Shown in pieces: positions 37,889 through 46,460 of a stretch of DNA of 64,000 nt (its first letter is position 1; each line of letters begins with the position of its first letter). The stretch lies in assembly GCA_041674805.1 (NCBI GenBank), contig JBAYVA010000002.1, positions 83,234 through 147,233 on the forward strand, in the 5' to 3' direction. A program made the position numbers and the translations under genes. The notes under the pieces are model-generated. The model saw only the letters and a program-made list of their open reading frames with translations. It was not told the origin of the DNA and ran no database searches. This stretch comes from Candidatus Magasanikiibacteriota bacterium. Its GTDB lineage: Bacteria > Patescibacteriota > Patescibacteriia > Magasanikbacterales > UBA922.

Positions 37889-38455
37889 ATGAACAAAAAA
37901 ATAAAATCCTTACTTATTGGTGGTAATTTGTGGTATTTAGGTGAGGGCATGTTTGGTCCTTTGTTAGCTGTTTTTACTGAAAAAATTGGTGGTGATGTTC
38001 TTGATATAAGTTATGCTTGGTCGATTTATCTTTTAGTTATGGGTTTGCTAACAATGTTTGTTGGTAAGTTTTCTGATAAATCTGATAAAGCAAAAATAAT
38101 GGTATTTGGTTATGCTTTGAATGCTTTTTTTACCTTTGCTTATTTGTTTGTAGATTCATCTTTGAAACTTTTCGTTGTGCAGGCTGGTTTGGGTATATCA
38201 GCTTCTTTGGCTGCTCCAACTTGGTATTCATTGTATGCTAAGTATGAAGATAAAAATAAAGATGGTATGGAATGGGGTTTGGCAAGTGGTAGTTCGAATA
38301 TTATTACAGGTATTGCAATTTTAATTGGAGGTATTATTTTGAAATTTTATTCTTTTAATATTTTATTTTGTGTAATGGGTACTTTGCAGGTTGTGGCTAC
38401 TATTTATCAATTCCAAATTTTGAAAAAAAAGAAATTATTATTTTTTAAAAGATAG
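37889..38455 (+). CDS. Six-TM membrane protein resembling half of an MFS transporter, possibly a gene fragment
   Basis: 188 aa with about 6 TM helices and no partner half nearby. Confidence 0.35.
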   Translation: MNKKIKSLLIGGNLWYLGEGMFGPLLAVFTEKIGGDVLDISYAWSIYLLVMGLLTMFVGKFSDKSDKAKIMVFGYALNAFFTFAYLFVDSSLKLFVVQAGLGISASLAAPTWYSLYAKYEDKNKDGMEWGLASGSSNIITGIAILIGGIILKFYSFNILFCVMGTLQVVATIYQFQILKKKKLLFFKR

Positions 38456-38458
38456 TTT

Positions 38459-38815
38459 ATGTTTAAGAAATTGACTCCTGAAGAAGAACAAATAATTTTG
38501 AACAAAGGCACTGAGGCTCCTTTTTCGGGTGAATATTATTTGAATAATGATAAAGGTGTTTATACTTGTAAACGTTGTGGTACTAAACTTTATAAATCAG
38601 AGGACAAATTTGATTCTGGTTGTGGTTGGCCGAGTTTTGATGATGAAATTGAAGGTAGTATAAAAAGATTGGTGGATAGTGATGGTTTGCGTACAGAAAT
38701 TCAATGTGCTAATTGCGGGGCACATCTTGGTCATGTTTTTGCTGGTGAAGGTATGACTCCAAAAAATATTAGGCATTGTGTAAATTCTTTGTCTTTGTTA
38801 TTTGAAAAGGACTAG
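38459..38815 (+). CDS. msrB: Peptide-methionine (R)-S-oxide reductase
   Basis: CKRCGTKLY...CGWPSF...RTEIQCANCGAHLGHVF, the SelR/MsrB zinc and catalytic Cys motifs. Confidence 0.85.
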   Translation: MFKKLTPEEEQIILNKGTEAPFSGEYYLNNDKGVYTCKRCGTKLYKSEDKFDSGCGWPSFDDEIEGSIKRLVDSDGLRTEIQCANCGAHLGHVFAGEGMTPKNIRHCVNSLSLLFEKD

Positions 38816-38978
38816 TAATCTAGATGGTCATTTTATTATTTCAATTTTATCTCTTCGTTATTGTAAAATAAGATAGATATAAGGAGATAAAATGGAGATG
38901 ATTAAATTATCTCTATCTTATATCTGTTTTATCTCAATTTTTTGCTCGAGTCTTTAGTAAATAAAACACAAATTATAT

Positions 38979-39476
38979 ATGAACATTCTAAAAAAAATGA
39001 ACAAGGCATATTTCGCTGGTGGTTGTTTTTGGGGAGTGCAATATTATTTTGATAAGCTCCCGGGCGTTGTCAAAACAACAGTTGGTTATATGGGTGGAGA
39101 AAAACAAGAACCAACTTACCAAGAAGTTTGTGCTCATACGACTGGTCATTTGGAAGCTTTGGAAGTTGTATTTGATTCTGACAAAATAGATTTTGAAAAA
39201 GTATGTAAATATTTTTTTGAAATTCATGATCCAACTCAAAAAAATGGACAAGGACCTGATATTGGAGAACAATATTTGTCAGCTGTATTTTGTGTAGATG
39301 ATGAACAAAGAAATATTACAAAAAAATTGATTCTTATTTTGAAAGAAAAGGGGCTTGATATTTTTACTAAAATTTTACCAGCTGGAGAATTTTGGGAAGC
39401 AGAAAATTATCACCAAAAGTATTATGAAAAAAATGGACATGAACCTTATTGTCATTTTTATACTAAGCGTTTTTAG
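38979..39476 (+). CDS. msrA: Peptide-methionine (S)-S-oxide reductase
   Basis: The AYFAGGCFWGVQ active-site motif near the N-terminus. Confidence 0.85.
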   Translation: MNILKKMNKAYFAGGCFWGVQYYFDKLPGVVKTTVGYMGGEKQEPTYQEVCAHTTGHLEALEVVFDSDKIDFEKVCKYFFEIHDPTQKNGQGPDIGEQYLSAVFCVDDEQRNITKKLILILKEKGLDIFTKILPAGEFWEAENYHQKYYEKNGHEPYCHFYTKRF

Positions 39477-39539
39477 AGGATTGATTCAAATATTCGGATA
39501 ATTCAAATAACAGATATAATAAATTATTAATTTTAACTT

Positions 39540-40022
39540 ATGAAAATAGATTTCAAAAAACTAACAATATCTATTGTTGGTACACAACTTGCAGGTGTCT
39601 TAGGTTCGGTTTTTAATTTTGTTTCTATACCTACTTGGTATACAACTTTGAATAAACCAAGTTTCAATCCACCAAATTGGGTATTTGGACCTGTTTGGAC
39701 AATTTTGTTTTTGATGATGGGAGTTGCTGTTTATTTGGTCTGGACCAAAAAGACAATTTTTCATCAAAAAAAGAAAAAAGAAGCTTTGCAAATTTATTTA
39801 TTGCAACTTTTGTTAAATGTTTTGTGGAGTGCTTTGTTTTTTGGAATTTTGAATCCAGGTTTGGCTTTTGCTGAAATAATTGTTTTGTGGTTAGCTATTG
39901 TAATAACTATTTTCAAATTTAATAAATTTTCTACATTGGCTGCATGGTTGTTGGTACCTTATTTATTGTGGGTGAGTTTTGCTAGTATTCTGAATTTTTC
40001 GATTTGGATTTTGAATTTTTGA
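39540..40022 (+). CDS. tspO: TspO/MBR-family tryptophan-rich sensory protein
   Basis: Five-TM protein with WYTTLNKPSFNPPNWVFGPVWTILFLMMGVA. Confidence 0.8.
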   Translation: MKIDFKKLTISIVGTQLAGVLGSVFNFVSIPTWYTTLNKPSFNPPNWVFGPVWTILFLMMGVAVYLVWTKKTIFHQKKKKEALQIYLLQLLLNVLWSALFFGILNPGLAFAEIIVLWLAIVITIFKFNKFSTLAAWLLVPYLLWVSFASILNFSIWILNF

Positions 40023-40079
40023 TTTTTGACAAAATCATATTTTGTTGATAATATGTTTTTACTTTATTTGAAGTAAAAA

Positions 40080-40153
40080 GGGCCTTTAGCTCAGCTGGCT
40101 AGAGCGCTTCCATGGCATGGAAGAGGTCATGGGTTCAAGTCCCATAAGGTCCA
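40080..40153 (+). tRNA. tRNA-Ala (anticodon GGC)
   Basis: Acceptor GGGCCTT with the G3:U70 pair, D-arm GCTCAGCTGGCTAGAGC, anticodon stem CTTCC/GGAAG around loop ATGGCAT, T-arm GGGTTCAAGTCCC. Confidence 0.75.
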
Positions 40154-40170
40154 CAATTAAATAAAGCAAA

Positions 40171-40244
40171 GGGCCGTTTCCCGATTCATCGGGAGGCTAG
40201 AGTGCCCGGACGGGAGGTCGCTGGTTCGAATCCAGTAAGGTCCA
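40171..40244 (+). other. Aberrant tRNA-like element. It shares the acceptor 5' end (GGGCCGT) and the T-arm/3' end (GGTTCGAATCCAGTAAGGTCCA) with the adjacent tRNA-Ala, but the core does not fold into a canonical D/anticodon cloverleaf. It may be a pseudo-tRNA or an att remnant.
   Basis: Hand folding fails to produce a 7-nt anticodon loop. The 3' 24 nt are nearly identical to those of tRNA-Ala(GGC). Confidence 0.45.
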
Positions 40245-40318
40245 CAAAAAAACTTTCTATTTTATAGAGAGTTTTTTGTTTTTTGATTACATGTTATACT
40301 ATAAAAATAATATAATAA

Positions 40319-41185
40319 TTGAAATATATGCGACCACAAAATTTTAAAACAAAAATATTTCTTGATAGTGGTAATCCAGTTGAAACCAGAGAAGCAATTA
40401 AACTTCTTGGTTTTCTTGATGGACAAACTACCAATCCAAGTCTTATTGCCAAAAATCCAGAATTGCAAGCCAAAATTTTTGCAGGAGAAAAATTAACTTC
40501 TGAAGAAGTAAATGCTTTTTATAAAAGTGTAATAGAAGAAATTCGTGCTTTGATTCCAGAAGGTTCTATTTCTATAGAAGTCTATGCAGACAAAGAAACC
40601 AGTTTAGAAAAAATTTTGATACAAGCAAGAGAAATGAATAGTTGGATAAAAAATGCTCATATTAAGTTGCCTATTACAAAAACAGGTTTGGAAGCTGAAA
40701 AAATTTTAGTTGAAGAAAATATCAAAGTGAATATGACTCTTTGTTTTTCACAAGAGCAAGCAGCGGCTGTATATAATATGAGTAATGGCGCAAAAAAAGG
40801 GGATGTATTTGTTTCTCCTTTTATTGGTAGACTTGATGATAAGGGACAAAATGGTATGAGTTTGATTGCTAATATCCAAAAAATGTACGAAAAAGGGGAT
40901 GGACATGTTGAATTGTTGGCGGCTAGTGTCAGAACTTATGAACATTTTATGGCGTGTTTGGCTTTGAAAGTAGATATTATTACAGCTCCTTTAAAAATTT
41001 TGGAAGAATGGTGGAAAAGAGATTTGGAGTTACCTCAAACAGATTTTGTGTATAACAAAAAAGATTTAGTAAATTTGGATTTTGAGAATGTAGATTTATC
41101 AAAAGCTGAATATAATATTCAACATGAATTGACAAATATTGGTTTGGAAAAATTTGTAAGTGATTGGAAGACATTGATTACATAG
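40319..41185 (+). CDS. tal: Transaldolase / fructose-6-phosphate-aldolase family (class I aldolase TIM barrel)
   Basis: DSGNPVETREA...GQTTNPSLIAK, a TalB/Fsa-type motif. 288 aa. Confidence 0.7.
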   Translation: MKYMRPQNFKTKIFLDSGNPVETREAIKLLGFLDGQTTNPSLIAKNPELQAKIFAGEKLTSEEVNAFYKSVIEEIRALIPEGSISIEVYADKETSLEKILIQAREMNSWIKNAHIKLPITKTGLEAEKILVEENIKVNMTLCFSQEQAAAVYNMSNGAKKGDVFVSPFIGRLDDKGQNGMSLIANIQKMYEKGDGHVELLAASVRTYEHFMACLALKVDIITAPLKILEEWWKRDLELPQTDFVYNKKDLVNLDFENVDLSKAEYNIQHELTNIGLEKFVSDWKTLIT

Positions 41186-41288
41186 ATTCAAAAAATATTA
41201 AACTAATAAAAAAACAGGTTTTGAAACCTGTTTTTTGTTTAAAACATTGACAAAAAAATCCTTTTCATATATAATCTTAACCATCAAT

Positions 41289-41361
41289 GCGGATGTCGTA
41301 TAATGGCTTATTATCTCGGCCTTCCAAGCCGATGACGCCGGTTCGATTCCGGTCATCCGCT
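41289..41361 (+). tRNA. tRNA-Gly (anticodon TCC)
   Basis: Acceptor GCGGATG/CATCCGC, anticodon stem TCGGC/GCCGA around loop CTTCCAA, T-arm CCGGTTCGATTCCGG. Confidence 0.75.
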
Positions 41362-41449
41362 CTAAAGGCTTTGACCTTAAAATTTACACAGTGTGGTTAG
41401 TTAAAACGTTTAGTAGGAAGAATAAATATATCGTAGTATTCAAACATAT

Positions 41450-41523
41450 CGCGGGATAGAGCAGTCAGGCAGCTCGTCGGGCTCATAACCCGAAGGTCGT
41501 CGGTTCAAATCCGACTCCCGCAA
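41450..41523 (+). tRNA. Initiator tRNA-fMet (anticodon CAT)
   Basis: C1:A72 mismatch at the acceptor end and three G-C pairs in the anticodon stem (TCGGG/CCCGA), with loop CTCATAA. Both are bacterial initiator hallmarks. Confidence 0.75.
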
Positions 41524-41574
41524 CAAAGGTATTTACATTTTTTGTAAATATGTTAAAATGAATTTCGCAAAAAT

Positions 41575-41647
41575 GCGGTAGTAGTTCAGTTGGTAGAACG
41601 CTTCCTTGCCAAGGAAGAGGTCGCCGGTTCGAATCCGGTCTGCCGCT
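41575..41647 (+). tRNA. tRNA-Gly (anticodon GCC)
   Basis: Acceptor GCGGTAG/CTGCCGC, D-arm GTTCAGTTGGTAGAAC, anticodon stem CTTCC/GGAAG around loop TTGCCAA. Confidence 0.8.
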
Positions 41648-41652
41648 CTTAT

Positions 41653-41680
41653 AGACACCAATTATATTGGTGTTTTTTTA
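41653..41680 (+). terminator. Terminator after the tRNA cluster
   Basis: ACACCAAT-TATA-TTGGTGT followed by TTTTTTT. Confidence 0.6.
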
Positions 41681-41955
41681 TCTTTAAAATGTTCAAAATA
41701 AAAATATACACAGGTTTTGGGGATAACAATAGACTTTTTTTGTTTTTTTGTGTATAATAGTTTTATTGTTGAGTTGAATACAATTTAACAATATTGAAGT
41801 AGCAATACTTCAAACAAGGGTTATAATTTATTTTAGCCCTCACTGTATGGCCACAGAAACTCCTCTTTTTTCGGGGGGTTTTTGTTTTGCTCAAGTTCAC
41901 TTGCGATAGTCTTTTAATTCTGTTAAAATTCAATTATATATTTTAACTTTTTATT

Positions 41956-42438
41956 ATGCCTATTGAATCACGTAAAGATTTTATTTCTTGGGATGAGTGT
42001 TTTATGCGCATTGCTCACGTTATTGCTTTGCGTTCTAAGGATCCTTCTACGCAGGTGGGTGCTGTAATTGCTGATAGGGATAATGTGGTTATTGGTCTTG
42101 GTTATAATGGTTTTCCAAGGGGTATTGAAAGTGATAAATTACCTTGGGATAGAGAAGGTGAAAAATTATCTGATACCAAGTATGCCTATGTTTGTCATGC
42201 TGAAGAAAATGCAATATATAATTCAAGTAAACAGCCAAAAGATTGTAAAATTTATTGCTCTCTTTTCCCTTGTAATGAATGTGCTAAGACAATTGTCCAA
42301 AATGGAATTACAGAAATAGTTTATGAGAGTGACAAATATCATGATGATGATATTTTTGTAGCCTCACGTCGTATCTTGGATGCGGCTGGTGTAGTTTGTC
42401 GACAATTTATTTCAGAAGAAACAAAAAATAAAGAATAA
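41956..42438 (+). CDS. dCMP deaminase (ComEB-type cytidine/deoxycytidylate deaminase)
   Basis: CHAEENAI...PCNECAKTI zinc-binding motifs. 160 aa. Confidence 0.8.
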   Translation: MPIESRKDFISWDECFMRIAHVIALRSKDPSTQVGAVIADRDNVVIGLGYNGFPRGIESDKLPWDREGEKLSDTKYAYVCHAEENAIYNSSKQPKDCKIYCSLFPCNECAKTIVQNGITEIVYESDKYHDDDIFVASRRILDAAGVVCRQFISEETKNKE

Positions 42439-42443
42439 AAAAT

Positions 42444-43007
42444 ATGTCAAATAAAATAATTTTAGGTTTTGTTGGTGATTTGGCTTCTGGTAAGGGAACC
42501 TTGGCTAAATATTTACAAGAAAAGTATAATTGTAATACTTACAGATTTTCTAATATGCTTCGTGATGTTTTAGATAGAATCTATGTAGAAAAAAATCGTG
42601 AAAATATGCAACTCGTTTCAAAAGTATTGCGCGAAAATTTTGGGCAAGATGTGATGAGCAATGTCATTGCCAAAGATGTGGTTGGTGACAAAAATGAACT
42701 TGTTGTGGTAGATGGTATTAGACGTCCAACTGACATCACTTATTTACAAAATTTAGAAGGTTTTCATCTAATATATATTACAGCTGACGTCAAAACTCGT
42801 TGGCAAAGAATGGTGAATCGTCAAGAAAATCCTGATGAAAAAGACAAAACGTTTGAACAATTTTTACTTGATGAACAAGCAGAAGCAGATATGCTGATAA
42901 AAGAGCTTGGTAGTAAAGCTGAAAAAACAATAAATAATGATGGTACAATCGAAGAACTTTATAACAAAATAGAAAATATTTTAGAAAGTTATGGACATAA
43001 AAATTAA
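42444..43007 (+). CDS. P-loop nucleotide kinase (dNMP-kinase-like)
   Basis: Walker A GDLASGKGT and a DGIRRP NMP-kinase-like motif. It sits between the dCMP deaminase and dUTPase genes and overlaps dut by 17 nt. Confidence 0.5.
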   Translation: MSNKIILGFVGDLASGKGTLAKYLQEKYNCNTYRFSNMLRDVLDRIYVEKNRENMQLVSKVLRENFGQDVMSNVIAKDVVGDKNELVVVDGIRRPTDITYLQNLEGFHLIYITADVKTRWQRMVNRQENPDEKDKTFEQFLLDEQAEADMLIKELGSKAEKTINNDGTIEELYNKIENILESYGHKN

Positions 43008-43425
43008 ACGCATAGACAAAAGTTTACCTTTACCAGAATACAAAACACAAGGCTCTATTGCTTTTGATATGTATTCTCGCGAAGAAATGAAAATTGCGCC
43101 AAAATCTTTGGCACTTTTACCAAGTAATTTCATTATCAAAACTCCAGAAAGTCACGGACTTATTTTGTCAGCTAGATCTAGTCTTGCTAAGAAAAAAGGT
43201 TTGATGCTCGCCAATGGTGTTGGTACAATTGATAGGGATTATTGTGGTGAAAATGATGAAATATTATTGTCAGTTTATAATTTTACAGATGCAGAAGTAA
43301 TTGTAGAAAAAGGTGAGCGTATCGCCCAAGGTATGTTTATGCGTATTGATAGTGGTAATTTTGTAGAAGTAGAAAAAATGGAAGAAAATGATAGGGGGGG
43401 GTTTGGGAGTACAGGTTCGTTTTAA
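42991..43425 (+). CDS. dut: dUTP diphosphatase
   Basis: GSIAFDMYS, ARSSLAKKKG, GTIDRDYCGE and the C-terminal GGFGSTG are the dUTPase motifs. Confidence 0.8.
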   Translation: MDIKIKRIDKSLPLPEYKTQGSIAFDMYSREEMKIAPKSLALLPSNFIIKTPESHGLILSARSSLAKKKGLMLANGVGTIDRDYCGENDEILLSVYNFTDAEVIVEKGERIAQGMFMRIDSGNFVEVEKMEENDRGGFGSTGSF

Positions 43426-43446
43426 TGCAGATTAGTATTGATATTT

Positions 43447-43466
43447 ACGCGGATAGACGCGGAATT
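43447..43466. promoter_or_regulatory. TTACGCGGATAGACGCGGAA operator-like element in the thyA promoter, the second copy of the tig-leader motif
   Basis: Exact 20-nt identity with 21319-21338. It overlaps the TTGATA -35-like hexamer at 43440-43445. Confidence 0.5.
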
Positions 43467-43479
43467 AATTTTATAAAAT

Positions 43480-44352
43480 ATGAAAGCATACTTGGATATT
43501 GTTAAAAAAATATTAGATAGTGGAATAGAAAAAACAGATAGAACAGGTACTGGTACTATTTCTATACCTGGCATCATGTTTGAACATGAAATGAGCAAAG
43601 GTTTTCCATTACTTACCACAAAAAAAATGCCTTTCAAAATTTTGGCTGTGGAGTTGGAATTTTTTATCAAAGGTCTTACTGACAAACAATGGTTGATTGA
43701 TAGAAACTGTCATATTTGGGATGAATGGGCAAATCCTGAAAAAGCTCCTTATGGACATGACGAAGCTAGCAAAAAAAGAATGGCAGAAGAAAGAGATTTG
43801 GGGCCAGTTTATGGTTTCCAATGGCGTCATTTTGGTGCACCTTATTATAATTATGATAGTGATTATACAGAACAAGGTTTTGATCAGCTGAAATATGTAG
43901 TTGATAATTTGAAAAATAAACCAGACGATAGAAGAATGGTTGTAAGCGCCTGGAATCCTGCAATGGCTTCTAAAATGGCTCTCCCTCCATGTCACTATGC
44001 TTTTCAAGTTACGGTTACTGATGGTAAATTAAATCTTATGTGGAACCAAAGATCTGTGGACACTATGCTAGGGCTTCCTTTTAATATCGCTAGTTATGCT
44101 TTGTTATTACATCTTTTGGCAAAAGAATCCAATTTGGGTGAGGGTAAGCTCGTTGGTTTCCTTGGTGACACTCATATTTACAAAAATCATATAGAAGGTG
44201 CAGAAGAACAACTTAGTCGTGATTCAAATAAATATCAATTACCAAAATTGGAAACAGAAAATTTCACTTCTATTTTTGACTGGAAAGCTGAAGATACCAA
44301 AGTCGTTGGTTACGAAAGTTTTGATAGAATAAAATTTGATATTGCTGTTTAA
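43480..44352 (+). CDS. thyA: Thymidylate synthase (ThyA type)
   Basis: TDRTGTGT and LPPCH (the active-site Cys) plus WNQRS-type motifs. 290 aa. Confidence 0.9.
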   Translation: MKAYLDIVKKILDSGIEKTDRTGTGTISIPGIMFEHEMSKGFPLLTTKKMPFKILAVELEFFIKGLTDKQWLIDRNCHIWDEWANPEKAPYGHDEASKKRMAEERDLGPVYGFQWRHFGAPYYNYDSDYTEQGFDQLKYVVDNLKNKPDDRRMVVSAWNPAMASKMALPPCHYAFQVTVTDGKLNLMWNQRSVDTMLGLPFNIASYALLLHLLAKESNLGEGKLVGFLGDTHIYKNHIEGAEEQLSRDSNKYQLPKLETENFTSIFDWKAEDTKVVGYESFDRIKFDIAV

Positions 44353-44363
44353 TTTAAAAATAT

Positions 44364-44834
44364 ATGCTTTCACTTATCGCCGCTATTTCAGAAAATAATT
44401 GCATTGGAAAAAACAATGCTTTGCCTTGGAATATCAAAGAAGACATGAAACATTTCAAAGAAATTACTAGTGGAAATATTGTTCTTATGGGACGTAATAC
44501 TTGGGAATCAATTCCCGAAAGATTTCGTCCACTGCCAAATAGAAAAAATATTGTGATTACTCGCGATGAAAATTATTTGTTGCCAGAAAATGTAGAAAAA
44601 TATTTTAGTATTGAAGAAGCTCTTGAAAAATACAAAAATGAAAATGTTTTTATCATTGGTGGAGCAAGTATTTATAAACAAACAATTGATATTGCTGATA
44701 AACTATATATTACCGAAGTTCACAAGACATTTGATGGAGATGTTTTTTTCCCAGAAATAAATAAAAATATTTGGAAAGAAGTTGGGCGTGAAGATTTTGG
44801 TGAATTTAGTTTTGTTGAGTACTCTCATAAATAA
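44364..44834 (+). CDS. folA: Dihydrofolate reductase
   Basis: IAAISENNCIGKNNALPW...LMGRNTWESIP...IIGGASIY. Confidence 0.85.
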   Translation: MLSLIAAISENNCIGKNNALPWNIKEDMKHFKEITSGNIVLMGRNTWESIPERFRPLPNRKNIVITRDENYLLPENVEKYFSIEEALEKYKNENVFIIGGASIYKQTIDIADKLYITEVHKTFDGDVFFPEINKNIWKEVGREDFGEFSFVEYSHK

Positions 44835-44887
44835 ATTGAGATAAAATAGAGATACAATTGAGATAATTTTTTTAAATAAAATAATTT

Positions 44888-45475
44888 ATGAAAAATGGAT
44901 TATTCATAGTTTTACACGGAATAAATAATTTGGGCAAAACTACTCAAGCCAAAATGTTGGTTGAAAAATTGCAAGCAGAAGGACATAAAGCAGAATATAT
45001 GAAATATCCTGTTTATGATTTGGAACCATCTGGTGTAATTTTGAATAATTATTTACGTGAGGGAAACAAATTTAGTCTGACTCCTCGTGAAATTCAAACA
45101 ATTTACGCTCTCAATCGTACACAATATGAATCAACTTTGAAAGAAAAGTTAGAAAGTGGTATAAATATTATTGCCGAAGATTACACTGGCACGGGAATTT
45201 GTTGGGGGATTGGTGCTGGAGTGGATGAAGAATATTTGAAATTAATAAATTCACATTTATTAAAAGAAGATTTAGATTTTCTTTTTGATGGTAAACGTTT
45301 TACAGAAAGTACAGAAAAAAATCATAAGCATGAAACAGATGAAGAACTTTTGGAAAAAGTGAGACAAACACATTTGAGAATAGGTGAAGAATTTGGTTGG
45401 AAAAAAATAAATGCTAATTTAACAATTCTAGAAATTCATGCTATACTATGGGAAGAAATAAAAAAATTAATTTAA
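44888..45475 (+). CDS. tmk: Thymidylate kinase
   Basis: FIVLHGINNLGKTTQ P-loop. The DYTGTGI region replaces the usual DRY motif. Confidence 0.7.
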   Translation: MKNGLFIVLHGINNLGKTTQAKMLVEKLQAEGHKAEYMKYPVYDLEPSGVILNNYLREGNKFSLTPREIQTIYALNRTQYESTLKEKLESGINIIAEDYTGTGICWGIGAGVDEEYLKLINSHLLKEDLDFLFDGKRFTESTEKNHKHETDEELLEKVRQTHLRIGEEFGWKKINANLTILEIHAILWEEIKKLI

Positions 45476-45484
45476 AATAATTTT

Positions 45485-46264
45485 ATGTTGCCTTCCATTA
45501 GTAAATTTTTTGTGAAATCTAGCAAAATTTATTTGTCTGTTTTTACAAAAATGTGGCCATATTTTATAATTTTGGCTGTTTTTTCATTTGTTATTTTATT
45601 GAAAGATATATCAAATGTTGTTTTAGTTGATTTAATAAAAAATGTATATTTGAGAACTTCATTGATAGGTCTCGCTGCTTTTATTTTTTCTTTGTTAAGT
45701 TTTTCTTTGTCTATTTCTATAGTACGTTTTTTTTCAGCTTTTGTTACAAACAGTATTTTGCCAAAATTTTTTTCTAATTTAAAAGAATCTTTTTTTATAG
45801 CTTGGAAACATGTGGGGTTAGTTTTGATTTTTATGATACCTACAATTTTGATTTATTCTATTTTCATAGCTAGTTTAGCAGGAGTATTGTCTTTTGGGCA
45901 GATGATTATCTCTAATTTTGTTTTGTTGTTTTTATTACTCTTAGTTGTTTTGTGGTTTGTAGTATTAGGACAAGCTGTTGCTTTGGAAAATGCTGGAAGT
46001 TTTGCTTCAATAAAAAATTCTATTTTTTTGGTAAAAGGTAGAGTGTTTGAATCTTTTTTATTGACTGCTCTTCCTTTACTTTTGGTAAGTATTGTTTTCA
46101 ATTTAATATTTGATAGTATATTAACTATATTTTTATCTACAGATAGTTGGTTTTATTCATTATTGCTTCTTTTTGCTGTTATTTGTATTTTTTCTTTTAG
46201 TTTATTATTGACTACTTTGTTATATTTTGAACTAAAAAATAATAAAAATATTGAAAATGTTTAG
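45485..46264 (+). CDS. Hypothetical polytopic membrane protein (259 aa)
   Basis: ORF with about 6 hydrophobic helices. A terminator follows at 46284-46316. Confidence 0.4.
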   Translation: MLPSISKFFVKSSKIYLSVFTKMWPYFIILAVFSFVILLKDISNVVLVDLIKNVYLRTSLIGLAAFIFSLLSFSLSISIVRFFSAFVTNSILPKFFSNLKESFFIAWKHVGLVLIFMIPTILIYSIFIASLAGVLSFGQMIISNFVLLFLLLLVVLWFVVLGQAVALENAGSFASIKNSIFLVKGRVFESFLLTALPLLLVSIVFNLIFDSILTIFLSTDSWFYSLLLLFAVICIFSFSLLLTTLLYFELKNNKNIENV

Positions 46265-46460
46265 ATTTATTTTTTATTTTCAAGAGACCTCCAAAATTTG
46301 GGGGTCTTTTCTTTTGTCTTTTCTCGTGTTACAATCAAGTTATGGATGTCTAACTTTGACTTTTTTTAGAGTCATCCTATAGACGTGCTATTAAGTTATT
46401 TTAAAAAAGATCCCTCTCCTTCGACTCCTTCGTCGCTCAGGATCGGGATGACAAAAACAT

